The notes under the pieces are model-generated. The model saw only the letters and a list, made by a program, of their open reading frames with translations. It was not told the DNA's origin and searched no databases. A program made the translations under genes and the position numbers. From contig JAHHGV010000004.1 in NCBI GenBank assembly GCA_019359695.1, forward strand, positions 98,031 through 162,030: a DNA stretch of 64,000 nucleotides, in the 5' to 3' direction. The DNA comes from Brasilonema angustatum HA4187-MV1 (lineage in GTDB: Bacteria; Cyanobacteriota; Cyanobacteriia; Cyanobacteriales; Nostocaceae). Below are positions 48,931 through 61,285 of this stretch, one piece after another; position 1 is the first letter of the stretch, and every line of letters starts with the position of its first letter.

Positions 48931-49628
48931 TTGTTCCTAGCTATGTTTATTTTGGCTTGAGTACAATCTTGTCACTAACACGCTCCGACCTTGAATCCAG
49001 CCGCTTGCAGCAAACCATCTTACAATCTGGACGTGCGGTAAATGTCCTGAGTGAAGCCCAGTTGCAGGCGTCAATGCATGAAACTCTTGGGCAACAAAAC
49101 CCAAACTCTGATGTTTGGTTGTTTGCCTATGGTTCTCTGATTTGGAACCCCATCTTCAAATTTGCAGAACAGCGCATCGGCACGATTTACGGTTGGCATC
49201 GCCGTTTTTGTTTATGGGTTCCCCAGGGGCGTGGTACTCCAGAAAACCCAGGGTTGGCACTCGGTTTGGATAGAGGCGGTAGTTGTCGCGGTGTCGCCTA
49301 CCGCATAGCTGCTAGTGATGTACACTCAGAACTAGAGCTACTTTGGCGACGAGAAATGGTAGTTGGTTGTTACATTCCTCGTTGGGTGAGAGTGTTTGAC
49401 GGTACGCAAAGATTACAGGCGATCGCTTTTGTCATCAATCACCAACATCGAGCTTACAGTGGTAAGATTTCCCTTGAAACTACAGTTAATAGCATTGCCA
49501 CAGCTTGCGGTGAGCTTGGTTCTTGTGCTGACTACCTCATGCACACAGTCAATTCCTTGATAAGTGTTGGAATTAACGATAAACAATTGCTTCGGTTGCG
49601 CGAGTCCGTGATGGCGCGACAAAATTAG
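48918..49628 (+). CDS. chaC: ChaC-family gamma-glutamylcyclotransferase
   Basis: VWLFAYGSLIWNP...GWHRRFCLW...GVAYRI...LWRREM ChaC blocks. Confidence 0.7.
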   Translation: MPESFVPSYVYFGLSTILSLTRSDLESSRLQQTILQSGRAVNVLSEAQLQASMHETLGQQNPNSDVWLFAYGSLIWNPIFKFAEQRIGTIYGWHRRFCLWVPQGRGTPENPGLALGLDRGGSCRGVAYRIAASDVHSELELLWRREMVVGCYIPRWVRVFDGTQRLQAIAFVINHQHRAYSGKISLETTVNSIATACGELGSCADYLMHTVNSLISVGINDKQLLRLRESVMARQN

Positions 49629-49881
49629 GGATATATTTTCAAAGTGTTGCGATCGTTAATAAGCGTTCGCGTTCACTGCGATTGTTTGGAATTTTATTAA
49701 TATTTTAGTTATTCTTATTGACAAGATGTCTTTGTTCTGTACTGTCTAGGACTTTACGTTCCTCAATTCACGATCATGAACGTTACATGCGTCTAGGTAG
49801 GTTCGTAATAACAGCTTTTACGTTATTAATAGTTAAAAGTGAGACACATCTTACATTTTAACAAAGCCGAGAAAAGCAAAA

Positions 49882-51420
49882 ATGGCTCGCACGCCCACAC
49901 TAACTTTTGATCGTGGCACATTAATTTTGCATCCACCACCACGCGGCAGGGCTTGGATGGATTTTGCTACATGGGATGATAGAGTAGAAAAATTCCGCAT
50001 TCCGGCTATTCAATACCGTGCTTTGGTGGAAGCAATGCAAGCCCAAGATACTAATTTTATCGATGAAGCTAAGGCGTTTTATCCGATAGAGTTGGTTCCG
50101 AGTCTGGAAATGGAACCTTATCCCCACCAAAGTGAGGCGTTAGCTGCTTGGAAACTCGCGGGAAGACAAGGAGTCGTCGTGCTTCCCACCGCAGCGGGAA
50201 AGACGTATCTGGCGCAAATGGCGATGCAAGCGACGCCGCGCACGACACTTATTGTCGTGCCAACGCTGGATTTAATGCATCAGTGGTATGCTCATTTGAA
50301 GGCGGCGTTTCCTGATGCTGAGGTTGGGTTACTTGGCGGTGGTTCGCGCGATAGAACACCTGTACTTGTTGCCACTTATGATAGTGCGGCTATCCATGCG
50401 GAAAGTTTGGGGAATCTGTATGCTTTGTTAATTTTTGATGAATGTCATCATTTGCCAACAGATTTTAGTCGGGTGATTGCGGAATATGCGATCGCACCCT
50501 ACCGTTTGGGACTATCTGCGACACCCGAACGCACTGATGGTAAACACGCTGACTTGAATTTTTTAATAGGTAGAGAAGTTTATCGCAAAAGGGCTGAAGA
50601 TTTAGCAGGGAATGCGTTAGCAGAACATGAAGTTGTACAAATTAAGGTGAAATTATCACAAAATGAGCGGGAAAAATACACTCAACTGATTCAAGTTCGC
50701 AATGATTTTTTGAAGGAATCAAAGATTTCTTTGGGGAGTCTTCAAGGCTGGCAGAGATTTGTGCAAATGAGTGCGCGATCGCAAGCTGGGCGTAGAGCCA
50801 TGTTAGCGCATCGGGAAGCGAAAGAAATTGCTTTGGGTACTGATGGGAAGATAAGAGTTCTTGCTGATATATTAACAGAACATTATCCAGAAAGAGTTTT
50901 GATTTTTACTGCTGATAATGCGACAGTTTACCACATTTCTCAAAATTTTCTGGTTCCAGCAATTACTCATCAAACTCCTGTCAAGGAACGGCATGAAATA
51001 TTAACAAAGTTTCGAGAGGGAGAGTTTAAAACTTTGGTTGCTTCTCACGTGTTGAATGAGGGTGTTGATGTTCCTGCGGCTTCTGTTGCGATTATTTTAT
51101 CTGGTACTGGTTCAACACGGGAGTATATTCAAAGATTGGGAAGAGTTTTAAGAAAAGGTAAGGATAATAAGAAGCAGGCGATTTTGTACGAGGTGGTGGC
51201 GGAAGATACGAGTGAGGAAGGGACTTCAGCGAGGAGAAGAGGTGTGGAGAAGAAAAATGAACCGCCAAGACGCCAAGAACGCCAAGAGAAAGAGGAGAAG
51301 AAAGGGAATTTACGGGTTATTTATGGGAGTGGGAAGGAAAAGAGTCTTAAAGCTGCTGAACAGTTGGAGATAAATTATAAAGTTCAAAAGAAACCGCCGA
51401 TAAATACGGATGAAACCTGA
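49882..51420 (+). CDS. XPB/ERCC3-like SF2 DNA helicase with a Lys/Glu/Arg-rich C-terminal tail
   Basis: N-terminal DRGTLIL damage-recognition-like segment. LPTAAGKT (motif I), FDECHHLP (motif II), GLSATP (motif III), QRLGRVLR (motif VI). Confidence 0.65.
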   Translation: MARTPTLTFDRGTLILHPPPRGRAWMDFATWDDRVEKFRIPAIQYRALVEAMQAQDTNFIDEAKAFYPIELVPSLEMEPYPHQSEALAAWKLAGRQGVVVLPTAAGKTYLAQMAMQATPRTTLIVVPTLDLMHQWYAHLKAAFPDAEVGLLGGGSRDRTPVLVATYDSAAIHAESLGNLYALLIFDECHHLPTDFSRVIAEYAIAPYRLGLSATPERTDGKHADLNFLIGREVYRKRAEDLAGNALAEHEVVQIKVKLSQNEREKYTQLIQVRNDFLKESKISLGSLQGWQRFVQMSARSQAGRRAMLAHREAKEIALGTDGKIRVLADILTEHYPERVLIFTADNATVYHISQNFLVPAITHQTPVKERHEILTKFREGEFKTLVASHVLNEGVDVPAASVAIILSGTGSTREYIQRLGRVLRKGKDNKKQAILYEVVAEDTSEEGTSARRRGVEKKNEPPRRQERQEKEEKKGNLRVIYGSGKEKSLKAAEQLEINYKVQKKPPINTDET

Positions 51421-51645
51421 TAATCTTGCAATAATTATAGGAACATCCCAATGCATACAAAAATACTAAGACTTACCCAAAAACCCTTTTAAACTCTCTT
51501 ACCTTCGTGCTCTTTGCGTCCTTTGCGGTTTATTATTTTATTCTCCTGTTCCCGTCTCAATACGAGATGACAGTAAAGTTGCACATTTGGAATGTTTCCA
51601 TAATTACCTGTATTCATCTGCATTTATCTGCGGTTAAAAAGTTCA

Positions 51646-52860
51646 ATGCTACCAACAGAGTTACTAAGTCACAGGCAAAATGGGGAAGAAATTATCCCGA
51701 AGAGACTGAAGATTGATGATAATCATTTGGCGATCGCCACTGAGTTAACAAGTTGTTTTCAGGAGGCGGTAGGTGAGACTCAAGGTACACTTGAGCGTCA
51801 GTTGTCGGAGTTGGAGGGGGATACTCCAGATTATAGACTCAAGCGGGGTTTAGCTTATATCCTCAAAAGCAGTTTCTCCACTTTTGAGGTGGTGAGTCCT
51901 TTGGAACCTCAAATGTTACGAGAAAGGGTTTTTGCTTTGGCGGCGAAGTCTGCTCCGAGTCGCGAGTTGACAGAAACGACTTTAACAAAGATTGCTGATG
52001 AATTGAGTCATGAACTTGAGCGTGAAGTTTTGCCAAAACAAGTTGGTGAAGGATTATATGCGGATTTGTCTGAGAATAAGATTTTAACTGCTTTTGATGC
52101 GCCAGCACCCCATGATTTATTGCATCGCTACAATTTATCTCAGGTGCAGGGGGTGTTTTATAGAGCAAGTCAGTTGGTGATAAATGCTCATCGCAATGTG
52201 CCTGGACAATATAAGCTTTTGTTTCGCTACCTCAAGTTGTTTCAATTAATGTCTTATATTGAGGGAGATGCTGACCACGGTTTTACAATTACAATTGATG
52301 GTCCGACGAGTTTGTTTACTCCCAGTACGCGGTATGGTTTGGCTATAGCGAAGCTAATCCCGGCTTTACTTCATGTCACAAAATGGAGTCTTTCCACTAT
52401 ATTACAAATTCGTGATCCATACACAAATACATGGAAAACGGGACGTTTTACTCTCAATTCTGAATGCGGTTTGGTGTCTCATTATTCCACTGGTAAACCA
52501 TACGATAGTATGTTGGAAGAGTCTTTTGCTGATAAGTGGGAGTCAACAAAAACGGATTGGGTGTTGGAGCGAGAGGTTGACTTAATTCCTATTCCTGGAA
52601 GTGTGATGATTCCTGATTTTAGATTAGTCCATCCTGATGGGCGATCGCTGTTATTAGAAATAGTTGGTTATTGGCGACCAGAATATTTACAAAAGAAGTT
52701 TTCCCAAGTACGACGTGCAGGACGTGATGATTTGATTTTGGCAATTTCAGAGCGATTGAATCTGGAGAAAGCCGGAGTTCAATTAAATGATGTGCCTGCT
52801 AGAATTGTTTGGTTTAAAGATAAATTGTTGCCGAAAGCGGTGTTAGCAGTGATCGAGTAA
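51646..52860 (+). CDS. Bax1-like nuclease (DUF790), the usual XPB partner
   Basis: 404 aa immediately downstream of the XPB gene. C-terminal PD-(D/E)xK-like segment IPDFRLVHPDGRSLLLEIVGYW. Confidence 0.55.
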   Translation: MLPTELLSHRQNGEEIIPKRLKIDDNHLAIATELTSCFQEAVGETQGTLERQLSELEGDTPDYRLKRGLAYILKSSFSTFEVVSPLEPQMLRERVFALAAKSAPSRELTETTLTKIADELSHELEREVLPKQVGEGLYADLSENKILTAFDAPAPHDLLHRYNLSQVQGVFYRASQLVINAHRNVPGQYKLLFRYLKLFQLMSYIEGDADHGFTITIDGPTSLFTPSTRYGLAIAKLIPALLHVTKWSLSTILQIRDPYTNTWKTGRFTLNSECGLVSHYSTGKPYDSMLEESFADKWESTKTDWVLEREVDLIPIPGSVMIPDFRLVHPDGRSLLLEIVGYWRPEYLQKKFSQVRRAGRDDLILAISERLNLEKAGVQLNDVPARIVWFKDKLLPKAVLAVIE

Positions 52861-53100
52861 GTAGGTAGGCGTGAATAAACCTCACTATGTAACAGAATGT
52901 AAATTTGTCAAAACCCTTGCGATTGGATTGAGTCGATGGAAGGATGAAAATGTTTCTTCCTCACTCCTATTTTCATAGGGAATATGGGCATTACATCCCT
53001 TAATGGTGGGTTTTACCCAATTCAGGAAGGGGACTGGAATTGTTAAGATTAGAGAAATCACAATATATTAAAACAGCCAGCACAACTGAGTTACAAGACC

Positions 53101-53676
53101 ATGCCTATAGAAATCGCTGTTGAAAAGAAAAAGTTACAAAATCCGCCATTAGAACTTCATTACTTGGGCGATCGCGTTCTCCGTCAAGCTACTAAGCGTG
53201 TATCGAAAGTCGATGAGGAAATTCGTCAAGTGATACGCGAAATGCTACAAACTATGTACAGCAAGGATGGCATTGGTTTGGCTGCGCCTCAAGTGGGAGT
53301 TAACAAACAACTCATTGTCATCGACTGCGAACCAGATAACCCAGCTAACCCACCACTGGTATTAATCAATCCCACTATCACAAAAGCTAGCCGTGAAATT
53401 TGTATGGCGCAAGAAGGATGTTTGAGTATTCCAGGGGTTTACATGGATGTAAAGCGTCCGCAAGTTGTAGAAATTTCTTATAAAGATGAACACGGGCGTC
53501 CCCGGACTCTAAAAGCTGGAGATTTACTTGGACGATGCATTCAGCACGAGATGGATCACCTCAACGGCGTGGTATTTGTAGATCGTGTAGAAAACTCTTT
53601 AGCTTTGACGCAAGAGCTATCTAAGCATGGGTTTTCACATCAGGCTGTAAAACCAATAGATAGGGTGGTTCGCTAG
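53101..53676 (+). CDS. def: Peptide deformylase
   Basis: GIGLAAPQ, EGCLSIPG and HEMDHL metal-binding motifs. Confidence 0.9.
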   Translation: MPIEIAVEKKKLQNPPLELHYLGDRVLRQATKRVSKVDEEIRQVIREMLQTMYSKDGIGLAAPQVGVNKQLIVIDCEPDNPANPPLVLINPTITKASREICMAQEGCLSIPGVYMDVKRPQVVEISYKDEHGRPRTLKAGDLLGRCIQHEMDHLNGVVFVDRVENSLALTQELSKHGFSHQAVKPIDRVVR

Positions 53677-53882
53677 TGAATATAATGACTCCAAAAAGCG
53701 GTTTATTTCTCGCTGGTTCTTGTATTACCGCTATAGCCGCAGTCGGTTCAATGTTTGAACTCGGTTCTGGACAACCAGACTTGGGTACTGAGATAACTGC
53801 AATTATCCTCGCAATAAGCATTCCACTGACAGGATTATTTTTTGTTGCTGCAGTCAGGGATGCTAGAGCTAATATTAAGTAA
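53676..53882 (+). CDS. Small two-TM membrane protein (68 aa)
   Basis: GTG start overlapping the def stop. Hydrophobic. No motif. Confidence 0.3.
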   Translation: MNIMTPKSGLFLAGSCITAIAAVGSMFELGSGQPDLGTEITAIILAISIPLTGLFFVAAVRDARANIK

Positions 53883-54039
53883 GCATCAGGTGTAAAGCAA
53901 GGAAAAGGAAAAAGAAAAAAGGAAATATAAATCTTTTGACTTTTAGCCTTTTCCCTTTTACTAAAGGCTGATTATTTTGTTGTTAATTCAGATAAAAATT
54001 TCCAACAATTGAAAGAATCATTGCTGTGAGGATAAGCCT

Positions 54040-54432
54040 CTACGTCTTGAATTGCTCATCCACTGGAATTTGGTAGCCATTGGCAAGGCGATTGGTTGTA
54101 TTTGCTGTAGCAATAATCCCCATAAGTTCGGCGAACATAACATCGCTCATGCCTTTTGCATATGCCCCTGCTGTGTGCGAGGCGATGCAGTACTCACAAC
54201 CATTTGTCACACTCACCGCAATATAAATCAGTTCGCGCATCAACGGATCGAGTTCGCCTGGACTAGTCATCACTTCTTTGAGTGTCTCCCACGTTCGGCG
54301 TAGAGTGGGGGGATGGTTGGCGATCGCTTTCCAAAAATTGTTAATGTAATCAGTCTTACGAGTGGCGCGGATGTCGTCATATACGACACGCACTTCGTCA
54401 CTCGCTTGTTCGTATTCAATTAGTTTGGTCAT
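54040..54432 (-). CDS. Carboxymuconolactone-decarboxylase/AhpD-like protein
   Basis: CEYCIASHT CxxC-H motif. Confidence 0.7.
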   Translation of the reverse strand: MTKLIEYEQASDEVRVVYDDIRATRKTDYINNFWKAIANHPPTLRRTWETLKEVMTSPGELDPLMRELIYIAVSVTNGCEYCIASHTAGAYAKGMSDVMFAELMGIIATANTTNRLANGYQIPVDEQFKT

Positions 54433-54520
54433 CTGAATGGAGAACTGTAAAGGACAAAGAAAGACTTTCAGCTTTTGAGATCATAGTGGTATTTATACAA
54501 TGAAAATTTTCAGAATATGC

Positions 54521-57500
54521 CTACGGCGAACCCAGTGACTGATAACACCAGCTAGGACGGCGCAAAAGATTAAAGGTATCAATGTAACGAATTCGGCTGT
54601 CTGGTGCTACTGTAGCAACAGCATCAGTTAATAAGCCAATGGGGTTATTGAGGTTCCACAACGGATGAACAATAATAACTGTTATATCACCCACTGTAAA
54701 ACCAGGCAAACTTCCGAAATATTGCGGAGAACAACTACTAAAAGATGCACAAAAAGCATCTCGAAGTTCAGTTGCTGTTTGTCGCCAGTTTTCTAAGTCT
54801 GGGGCAGAAAAATCGCCGTGCAAACCGCAACTAAAATTATTATCAGCTAATGCCTTGAGTAAAGAGAGACCACTACGCCAATCGAGCAAGCCGTGATAGT
54901 TTATATTGCGGTAGTGTCGTAAGCACTCATAACAGGAAGAATCACATTTCTTGCGATGCTGCTGTGACATCATGGCATCAACAAAAGTATTTTGTGCTTT
55001 GATAATTTTTTCTATGAGGATGTTTTGCCAATGTTGGGCAAGCCATAATGTAAAACCAGAACCATTGGGTAGGCGATCGCTAATTACAATTTCTCCTACT
55101 TTTTCACCAGTTTCTTCTAGTTCAAGCTGCCGTAAACCACTCACATCTAATTCATCTGGATCAATATCTAATTCCTGTGCTGCGACAGCACGGATAATAA
55201 AAGCCGCAGAATAGAAAGCAGCTTTAATAGCTGAACCAGGTGCAATGGGATCGAGACATAATCCAGTGGGTACAGATGCGGGTTTGATGCGGAGAACGCC
55301 AGTTGTTTTCGGTGCAACAATAGCCAGTGCTTCAGATTCACCCGGTTCTTTAAAAATTATCCCATTGGATGGATTCTGAAATCGTTCATCAATCCATTGA
55401 AATTCTAAAATTTTTTCACCACGTCCAAAAGAAGCTTTACCTACTGCTCCTTTAAACAAATTCCCGCGATTATCATTAACACGGAATACTCTGCCAGTTT
55501 GAGAAAAAGCGGTCTGAGTATTTGTATTATCTATGAAGTTAAAATTTTGAGGTTGCGACTCAGCAACACTACCCGCACCTGAGATTAATACATCATGTTC
55601 TTCCTTTGCATCTGTACCATAGTTGAGGCTAGTACGAAAAGCCAAAGGTACTGCCCATTTAAAAACTTTAAAACCTTGTTCTGGTATTGCTCCACATTTG
55701 GGACAGACCGTATTTTCAAATTCATTATCAGAAGTTTCTGTATGTTGGCAGCGCTGACATCTCAACATCCACTTTCGGGAAGAAAGCGGGTCATTCTCAG
55801 CAGGAACAAAGCCATTTTTACTGTCTGGAAGTAACGGTGCAGTAAAACCAATAGAGGTGTAAATTCGTTTATCTTTAGTCTTTTCTGCACCTGGGGCAAA
55901 TTCCGCAATAGCTAAATCTAAATCACGGTCGATAGTAGCAATCTTCTTGTTTTTTGATGGATTGTGATGATACAAATCCCGAACTCTGGATGGCATACCG
56001 AACATGGGCAAAACACCACCTTCTGCAAGTAGTTCTGCTAATCCCTTTCCTGTCAATTCTTTATTATTTGCACACTCGTTTATCTTGTTAAACAAGTCCT
56101 GACGCGCATAATTTTCAAAAAAGATGGGAGCGATATTTTTTACACCAATAAGCAAATCATTTACTACCTCGGTAACTTCAGGTGAACTCTGTAACCATTG
56201 ACAAACTTTCTGACGACGAGATTCTTTTTCTAGCCAGTCTTTTACTGTACCAAATTCCCCGTGACTATCTGGCGGCGTGGGACCATCCCACCACTTAACA
56301 TCAGCACATAGAAACGCACGTCGCAGACATTCTTTTGCTAATAGACGCCGTGCAATTTCAATTTGTGACATCGATAGAAAGGGAACTGGTGGCGGGTCAC
56401 CTGTAATTTTTTCGGGATGTTGATAATAAAATTCATCGTGACTGTTACCACGACAAATAGTTAATACAATGGCGAAAGGTTGACCCCGACGACCTGCACG
56501 ACCTGCTCTTTGTTGGTAATTAAAACGCATGGGTGGCATATTTGCCATCACTACAGCCATTAAACTACCAATATCAATTCCCACTTCCATTGTGGTAGTA
56601 ACACTTAGGATGTCGATAGTATCAACCACTGGGATAAAATCTCTATCTTGTTCGCCGATGTTGACAACAATATTGCGAAAATGGCGCTGTCTTTCTGCTT
56701 GATCGTCGGTTTGTCCTGTCAATTCTTCACAATGCAAACGCATGGGTTGACGCTTATTAACTGCTTCTGTCGCGTAATAATTACGAGCGTATAAATCTGA
56801 GCATTTTTTATTAGGTGATATGGGTAATTCTGCAAGACAATTTGTACAGATACCGGCTGCACGATGTAGGTGAGGGCGTCCACATGATGTGCATTGCCAA
56901 ACTGGATCACCGGGAACTGCAACTCGTACCCATAAATGCAGCGGGTTAATTTTTAAATGTTCATGTTTACCATGTTGGCAAATAGCTGACCACAATGCAT
57001 CAAATAATAGCTTCTCAGAAAGCTTATGCTGTGTCACGCATTTAGTGACATATTTTTTCAATCTGGCTTTTGCATCTTGCCAACTGTTCCAATCCTCAGC
57101 AGGATACTTAGGATACCGATACAAATCACCAATGACACGCAAGCATCCGTTGCATATTTCGATAAAAACTTCTGGTGAAAGTTTGCATTGTGTAGCTAAT
57201 TTATTGATTTCTTCTTGTGGAAAATTAAGACAAACATAGCCTAGAGCGGATGCTTCAATGCTATAAAATAAGCGACTAAAGAAAGTATCGCATACTTCAG
57301 ACTCTGTTTTTGATATAAGAGTATATCGCTTGTCAATTGCTTCCCTAGAAGAACCAGCTTTCCATTTTGGTGATTGAGATACAAAATCAAAAAATCCTGT
57401 CCAATGATGTAATTTCTTGTCGTAAGAAAACTCTTGGTCATTGATATCGTTACCAGCAGGATTTATGCCTAAACTAGCTAATCTCTGAATAAGTACTCCT

Positions 57501-60205
57501 GGAGTATCTTTTTCGCCTTCAAATAACACCTTAAGTGAAACGATGCGCGTTTTAGCTGTTTCTTTAATTTCATTGATGAGATTTTGAGCCTTATTTCGGC
57601 GATTGATATACAGTTCTAAATCATCATCATCAAGACCTTCTGGCAAAGGTTTATTAGCATTTTTTATAGTTTTTTTAAACTTTTCGACAGCATCAGGGTT
57701 ATTTTGAGCAAATTCTCTTGCTTCTAAACGAACAGGTTGACCATATTTTTGAATATCTTCTAATAGGTAAACTTTACCAACAGCTAATTGATTAAGTTCA
57801 TCAAATATTGCCTCACGAACAAGGTCAGAGTAATGAGTACGTTCAATCCCATTTGATATTGAAGCGGCATTTTCACGACTATCAGAAAATACGACTAATT
57901 TACGAGAGTCTGATTTTTCTGGTAACTGATAAAAGATTTCTTTAGATAGCAGTTGACTCAACCTAGAAAATGCAGTACGGAAGCCTCTAATTGAAGATTT
58001 CCAAGACCTTCGCCTAGTGTAATCTGCACCACAACATGGGCAAAGAGAGGGTTGTGCTGCCATAAATGCTTGCGTTTCTGGTGATGTATCTCGCAAGTTG
58101 AAAATATAGCCTTTTATCCACTGATTATCTGCTGTATCTGAATCAGGTTCTTCTAAAGTAACGCGACTACTACGAGTGTCTAACCAGGCTTTATCCCACC
58201 AAGCTTTTTCTTTAATTTTATCGCCTCTTGATGGTTGGTTCCAGCCTTTTATATTTAATTCTTTGTCATAAAGATTTGTAGAGGGATAAAATATAGCATA
58301 TTCACGATATGTTCGCCGTTCTAAAAAATTACCAATTTGGCGGTCAGGAATGCTTTCAATATTTGGTTCTGTAGGCAAAAGTTCCCAACCATTACCGTCC
58401 TTTAGTTCCAGACGGTTTCCACCATAAAAGACAGTACCGCACTGTTCGCAGTAAAGCATTTCTAGCACTCGAAATCCATCATGAACTATTGGTGGATTTT
58501 TTACAAAGAGTCTACCTACCGGTCGGTTTTTACTACTTTCATTCTCATGACAATCATAATTTGGCTGAGTGCAAGCCCAAAGCCCATCAATATTTCTGAA
58601 AAACCAGTGCAACCTAAACCGAAATGATTCTAAAGATTTATCTTCAGATAAACCACGAGCAATTAGCAATCCCTTTACTGCTAAATTAAGATTTTCTTCA
58701 TCTAAATTCTCACCAAAAATCCCTTTAGCAAATTGCCTGAGAGATACTGCACGAATTGTATTGTCGAGCTTACAAGAGTTAAGCATTATAGCGCCTACAG
58801 TATCGCTTTGTGATGACAAGACTTGTAAACATTTCTTGAGAAAAGTGGCTTCCTCTGGTGCGTTTGCTAAGGCGATAAATGGTTCACTCTCTAAAAATTT
58901 TTGTCCGACAATTGCTGGAATTGCCTCAGGATGACCAGGGATAATTTGTTCGGAATGCCATTCTGTACCGAAGAATTCAGATAAGAATTTTAAACTTTGT
59001 GGGTCATTTGGTTCAAGAGACGCACTAGAGGCAAGAATTTTTAATTTAGGATGACCAGGATAAAGTTCCAAACGTTGCAGCAGCAGGCGAATCAGGTAAG
59101 CAACTTCTGTCCCAGCAGTGCCACGATAAAGGTGTAATTCATCAAGAATTAAGTGAAAAACACTGCCTTCTTTCTTTAACCATTCCCGTGTTTTATCAAA
59201 AATATTTTTATCAATATCTCGCATCAGCATAATGCTGAGCATGGAATAATTAGTAATTAAAATATCAGGTGGATCATCTTGCATATCCCAACGACAGCGC
59301 ATTTCCGCCCCATCTAAACGCGGGAAAAAGAATGTTACATCCTTGTCACCAGTTTTCTTAAAATGTTCCTCAGCAGCTTGGACTGATTTTTGCATCTGCT
59401 GCATTTCTTCAAGAAGTTCTTCTATCTTGTCCCCGTTAGGTTTACCATTTTGTTTGTACTCATGCCCTGGTACAGGTGTGACGCCGTTGTATCTGCCAAA
59501 ATAAATTCTGTTGTCTTTTCTATTATTTTTAAACCAATCTCGCGCCTTGTCAGAATCTAAAGCGCGGCGTAACCTGGTAAGTTGGTCTTCAACAAGGGCA
59601 TTCATCGGGTATAAAATTAGTGCCCTTACCGCAGCATCTCGTTTTTCATGATTCCTTTGAGGTAGGCGATAAGATTGCTTAAAACTGCGGTTTTTCTTTA
59701 CTAGAGGGTTGCATTTATTTTGCCAATCTTTGTTTTCCCACCAGTCATCGATATGCGGTGGCGCTGCTGACGGTGCTTGCCAGTTTTTTGATTCTTTGGC
59801 TAGATAAGCAAACAAGGGTAAGAGGAAAGATTCTGTTTTACCTGAACCTGTACCAGCAGTAACAACTGCATTTTGACCCGATAATCCTTGACGGAGCATT
59901 TCCAGTTGGTGAGTGTATAATTCAAAATCACCAACCAGTCCACAGGAAGCTAATTCTTTAAAATCTAGCAGTGCAGACTTATCTAAACCTGGAACATCTG
60001 AAAGTTGTAAATTATTGATTGTTTTCCCAGATTTTTGATAACGAGGTAAAGGTTCGATCCAAGGTTCTTGATAAAATACTCCTGGTTCACGCAAACGTCG
60101 TTCCCGTTCCTTCTCAATTTCAGGAAATTGTGTACCGAAAGCAGTTTTAACATAAAGGATTAAGTTGTCGCGTAGCTTTTCAAAAGCGCCGATAGGGTCT
60201 TTCAT
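54521..60205 (-). CDS. Giant (1894 aa) YprA/DUF1998-type SF2 helicase with zinc-ribbon-rich insert and C-terminal DUF1998-like zinc module (DruE/DrmA-like)
   Basis: [10 protein letters not shown] (motif I), [11 protein letters not shown] (YprA-type motif Ic), [16 protein letters not shown] (DExH), [13 protein letters not shown] (motif VI). Cys clusters CQRCQH...CPKCG and [14 protein letters not shown] near the C-terminus. Confidence 0.75.
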   Translation of the reverse strand: MKDPIGAFEKLRDNLILYVKTAFGTQFPEIEKERERRLREPGVFYQEPWIEPLPRYQKSGKTINNLQLSDVPGLDKSALLDFKELASCGLVGDFELYTHQLEMLRQGLSGQNAVVTAGTGSGKTESFLLPLFAYLAKESKNWQAPSAAPPHIDDWWENKDWQNKCNPLVKKNRSFKQSYRLPQRNHEKRDAAVRALILYPMNALVEDQLTRLRRALDSDKARDWFKNNRKDNRIYFGRYNGVTPVPGHEYKQNGKPNGDKIEELLEEMQQMQKSVQAAEEHFKKTGDKDVTFFFPRLDGAEMRCRWDMQDDPPDILITNYSMLSIMLMRDIDKNIFDKTREWLKKEGSVFHLILDELHLYRGTAGTEVAYLIRLLLQRLELYPGHPKLKILASSASLEPNDPQSLKFLSEFFGTEWHSEQIIPGHPEAIPAIVGQKFLESEPFIALANAPEEATFLKKCLQVLSSQSDTVGAIMLNSCKLDNTIRAVSLRQFAKGIFGENLDEENLNLAVKGLLIARGLSEDKSLESFRFRLHWFFRNIDGLWACTQPNYDCHENESSKNRPVGRLFVKNPPIVHDGFRVLEMLYCEQCGTVFYGGNRLELKDGNGWELLPTEPNIESIPDRQIGNFLERRTYREYAIFYPSTNLYDKELNIKGWNQPSRGDKIKEKAWWDKAWLDTRSSRVTLEEPDSDTADNQWIKGYIFNLRDTSPETQAFMAAQPSLCPCCGADYTRRRSWKSSIRGFRTAFSRLSQLLSKEIFYQLPEKSDSRKLVVFSDSRENAASISNGIERTHYSDLVREAIFDELNQLAVGKVYLLEDIQKYGQPVRLEAREFAQNNPDAVEKFKKTIKNANKPLPEGLDDDDLELYINRRNKAQNLINEIKETAKTRIVSLKVLFEGEKDTPGVLIQRLASLGINPAGNDINDQEFSYDKKLHHWTGFFDFVSQSPKWKAGSSREAIDKRYTLISKTESEVCDTFFSRLFYSIEASALGYVCLNFPQEEINKLATQCKLSPEVFIEICNGCLRVIGDLYRYPKYPAEDWNSWQDAKARLKKYVTKCVTQHKLSEKLLFDALWSAICQHGKHEHLKINPLHLWVRVAVPGDPVWQCTSCGRPHLHRAAGICTNCLAELPISPNKKCSDLYARNYYATEAVNKRQPMRLHCEELTGQTDDQAERQRHFRNIVVNIGEQDRDFIPVVDTIDILSVTTTMEVGIDIGSLMAVVMANMPPMRFNYQQRAGRAGRRGQPFAIVLTICRGNSHDEFYYQHPEKITGDPPPVPFLSMSQIEIARRLLAKECLRRAFLCADVKWWDGPTPPDSHGEFGTVKDWLEKESRRQKVCQWLQSSPEVTEVVNDLLIGVKNIAPIFFENYARQDLFNKINECANNKELTGKGLAELLAEGGVLPMFGMPSRVRDLYHHNPSKNKKIATIDRDLDLAIAEFAPGAEKTKDKRIYTSIGFTAPLLPDSKNGFVPAENDPLSSRKWMLRCQRCQHTETSDNEFENTVCPKCGAIPEQGFKVFKWAVPLAFRTSLNYGTDAKEEHDVLISGAGSVAESQPQNFNFIDNTNTQTAFSQTGRVFRVNDNRGNLFKGAVGKASFGRGEKILEFQWIDERFQNPSNGIIFKEPGESEALAIVAPKTTGVLRIKPASVPTGLCLDPIAPGSAIKAAFYSAAFIIRAVAAQELDIDPDELDVSGLRQLELEETGEKVGEIVISDRLPNGSGFTLWLAQHWQNILIEKIIKAQNTFVDAMMSQQHRKKCDSSCYECLRHYRNINYHGLLDWRSGLSLLKALADNNFSCGLHGDFSAPDLENWRQTATELRDAFCASFSSCSPQYFGSLPGFTVGDITVIIVHPLWNLNNPIGLLTDAVATVAPDSRIRYIDTFNLLRRPSWCYQSLGSP

Positions 60206-60211
60206 TTATCC

Positions 60212-61285
60212 TCACAATTTGACGTCTAAAGATTGTATTAATAGAGTTTGACCTAATTTAGCCGCAGTCATTTCTGCTATTTGAGGGGGAACGTCTCGAA
60301 ATAAGTTGAAACCTTTGACATTAAAACCGTTGACCACTTCTTTCGGTTTTGGGATAGAAGAATTAGAAGTGAGTTTTTGTAATGGGAATTTTTCTACTAT
60401 TGGTACGTATCCTGAGCATAAAGTTAAAGCTCTTTCTAGCACTTTTGGTAGTTTAGCGCCAACCGGAACTGCCATCATAAATCGACGTTTGTCGTAAATG
60501 ATAACTTTAATCTTAGCAGCATTAATAACAGCATATCGCCCCCAGTCACGTTCAACTTGGGTACATCTTTCTTCTTGCCAAAGATAATATGTTTGGGTTT
60601 TGCGAGAGGGATGTTGATATTTGCTGAGACGGATATTCGGCACTCTCATTCCCGACGCACCTCCCATTGATGAGGGAGAAGGGAGAAAGCGTAATATATT
60701 AGGATCAAATGTTTGACGTTTCCAGTTTAATTCTGACTCATTAGACCACTGGCAATTAGTTAAATAATCTTCAAGGGAGGCGGAAAAATTTAAAAGCGAC
60801 CAAGCTGATGGTGTTTCTATAAAATTCATTGCTAATTGAGAAGCAATTTCCTGTAATTCTGATACATCCTCAGCTTGTACAGCTATTCGCTTAGGTACTA
60901 ATACTAATTCAGCCTTTTGTTCTGTCACTTCAATCTTTATGTTTCGTCCAACAGATTGACAAGTATTTCTTAATTTATCTATAGTGTTTGGTGTTCTAAA
61001 TCCTGCTAAAATAGCTTGAGGAAAACCAGCGCTAGGTAATCTTATTAATACAGGGGGAGTGACATAAACTTTTTTGTTATTGTCAGTGAAATCAAATTCA
61101 CAGTGACCCAATGAATCCAGAGCGCGAACAGTTGATAATCTTTTATCTTTAATGTCATCCTCCTCCTCACTACAAGCAGTTCTATTAAGACTGTAAAGAT
61201 AATAAAATGCCTGTTTAAGAGATAACCAAGGCATTTCCTTTTTAGCAGAAATGACATAGAGTAGTTCGTCGCTATCCCTGGACAC
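60212..61285 (-). CDS. Hypothetical protein (357 aa), middle gene of the helicase cassette
   Basis: 6-nt gap to the helicase start. No recognisable domain. Confidence 0.6.
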   Translation of the reverse strand: MSRDSDELLYVISAKKEMPWLSLKQAFYYLYSLNRTACSEEEDDIKDKRLSTVRALDSLGHCEFDFTDNNKKVYVTPPVLIRLPSAGFPQAILAGFRTPNTIDKLRNTCQSVGRNIKIEVTEQKAELVLVPKRIAVQAEDVSELQEIASQLAMNFIETPSAWSLLNFSASLEDYLTNCQWSNESELNWKRQTFDPNILRFLPSPSSMGGASGMRVPNIRLSKYQHPSRKTQTYYLWQEERCTQVERDWGRYAVINAAKIKVIIYDKRRFMMAVPVGAKLPKVLERALTLCSGYVPIVEKFPLQKLTSNSSIPKPKEVVNGFNVKGFNLFRDVPPQIAEMTAAKLGQTLLIQSLDVKL

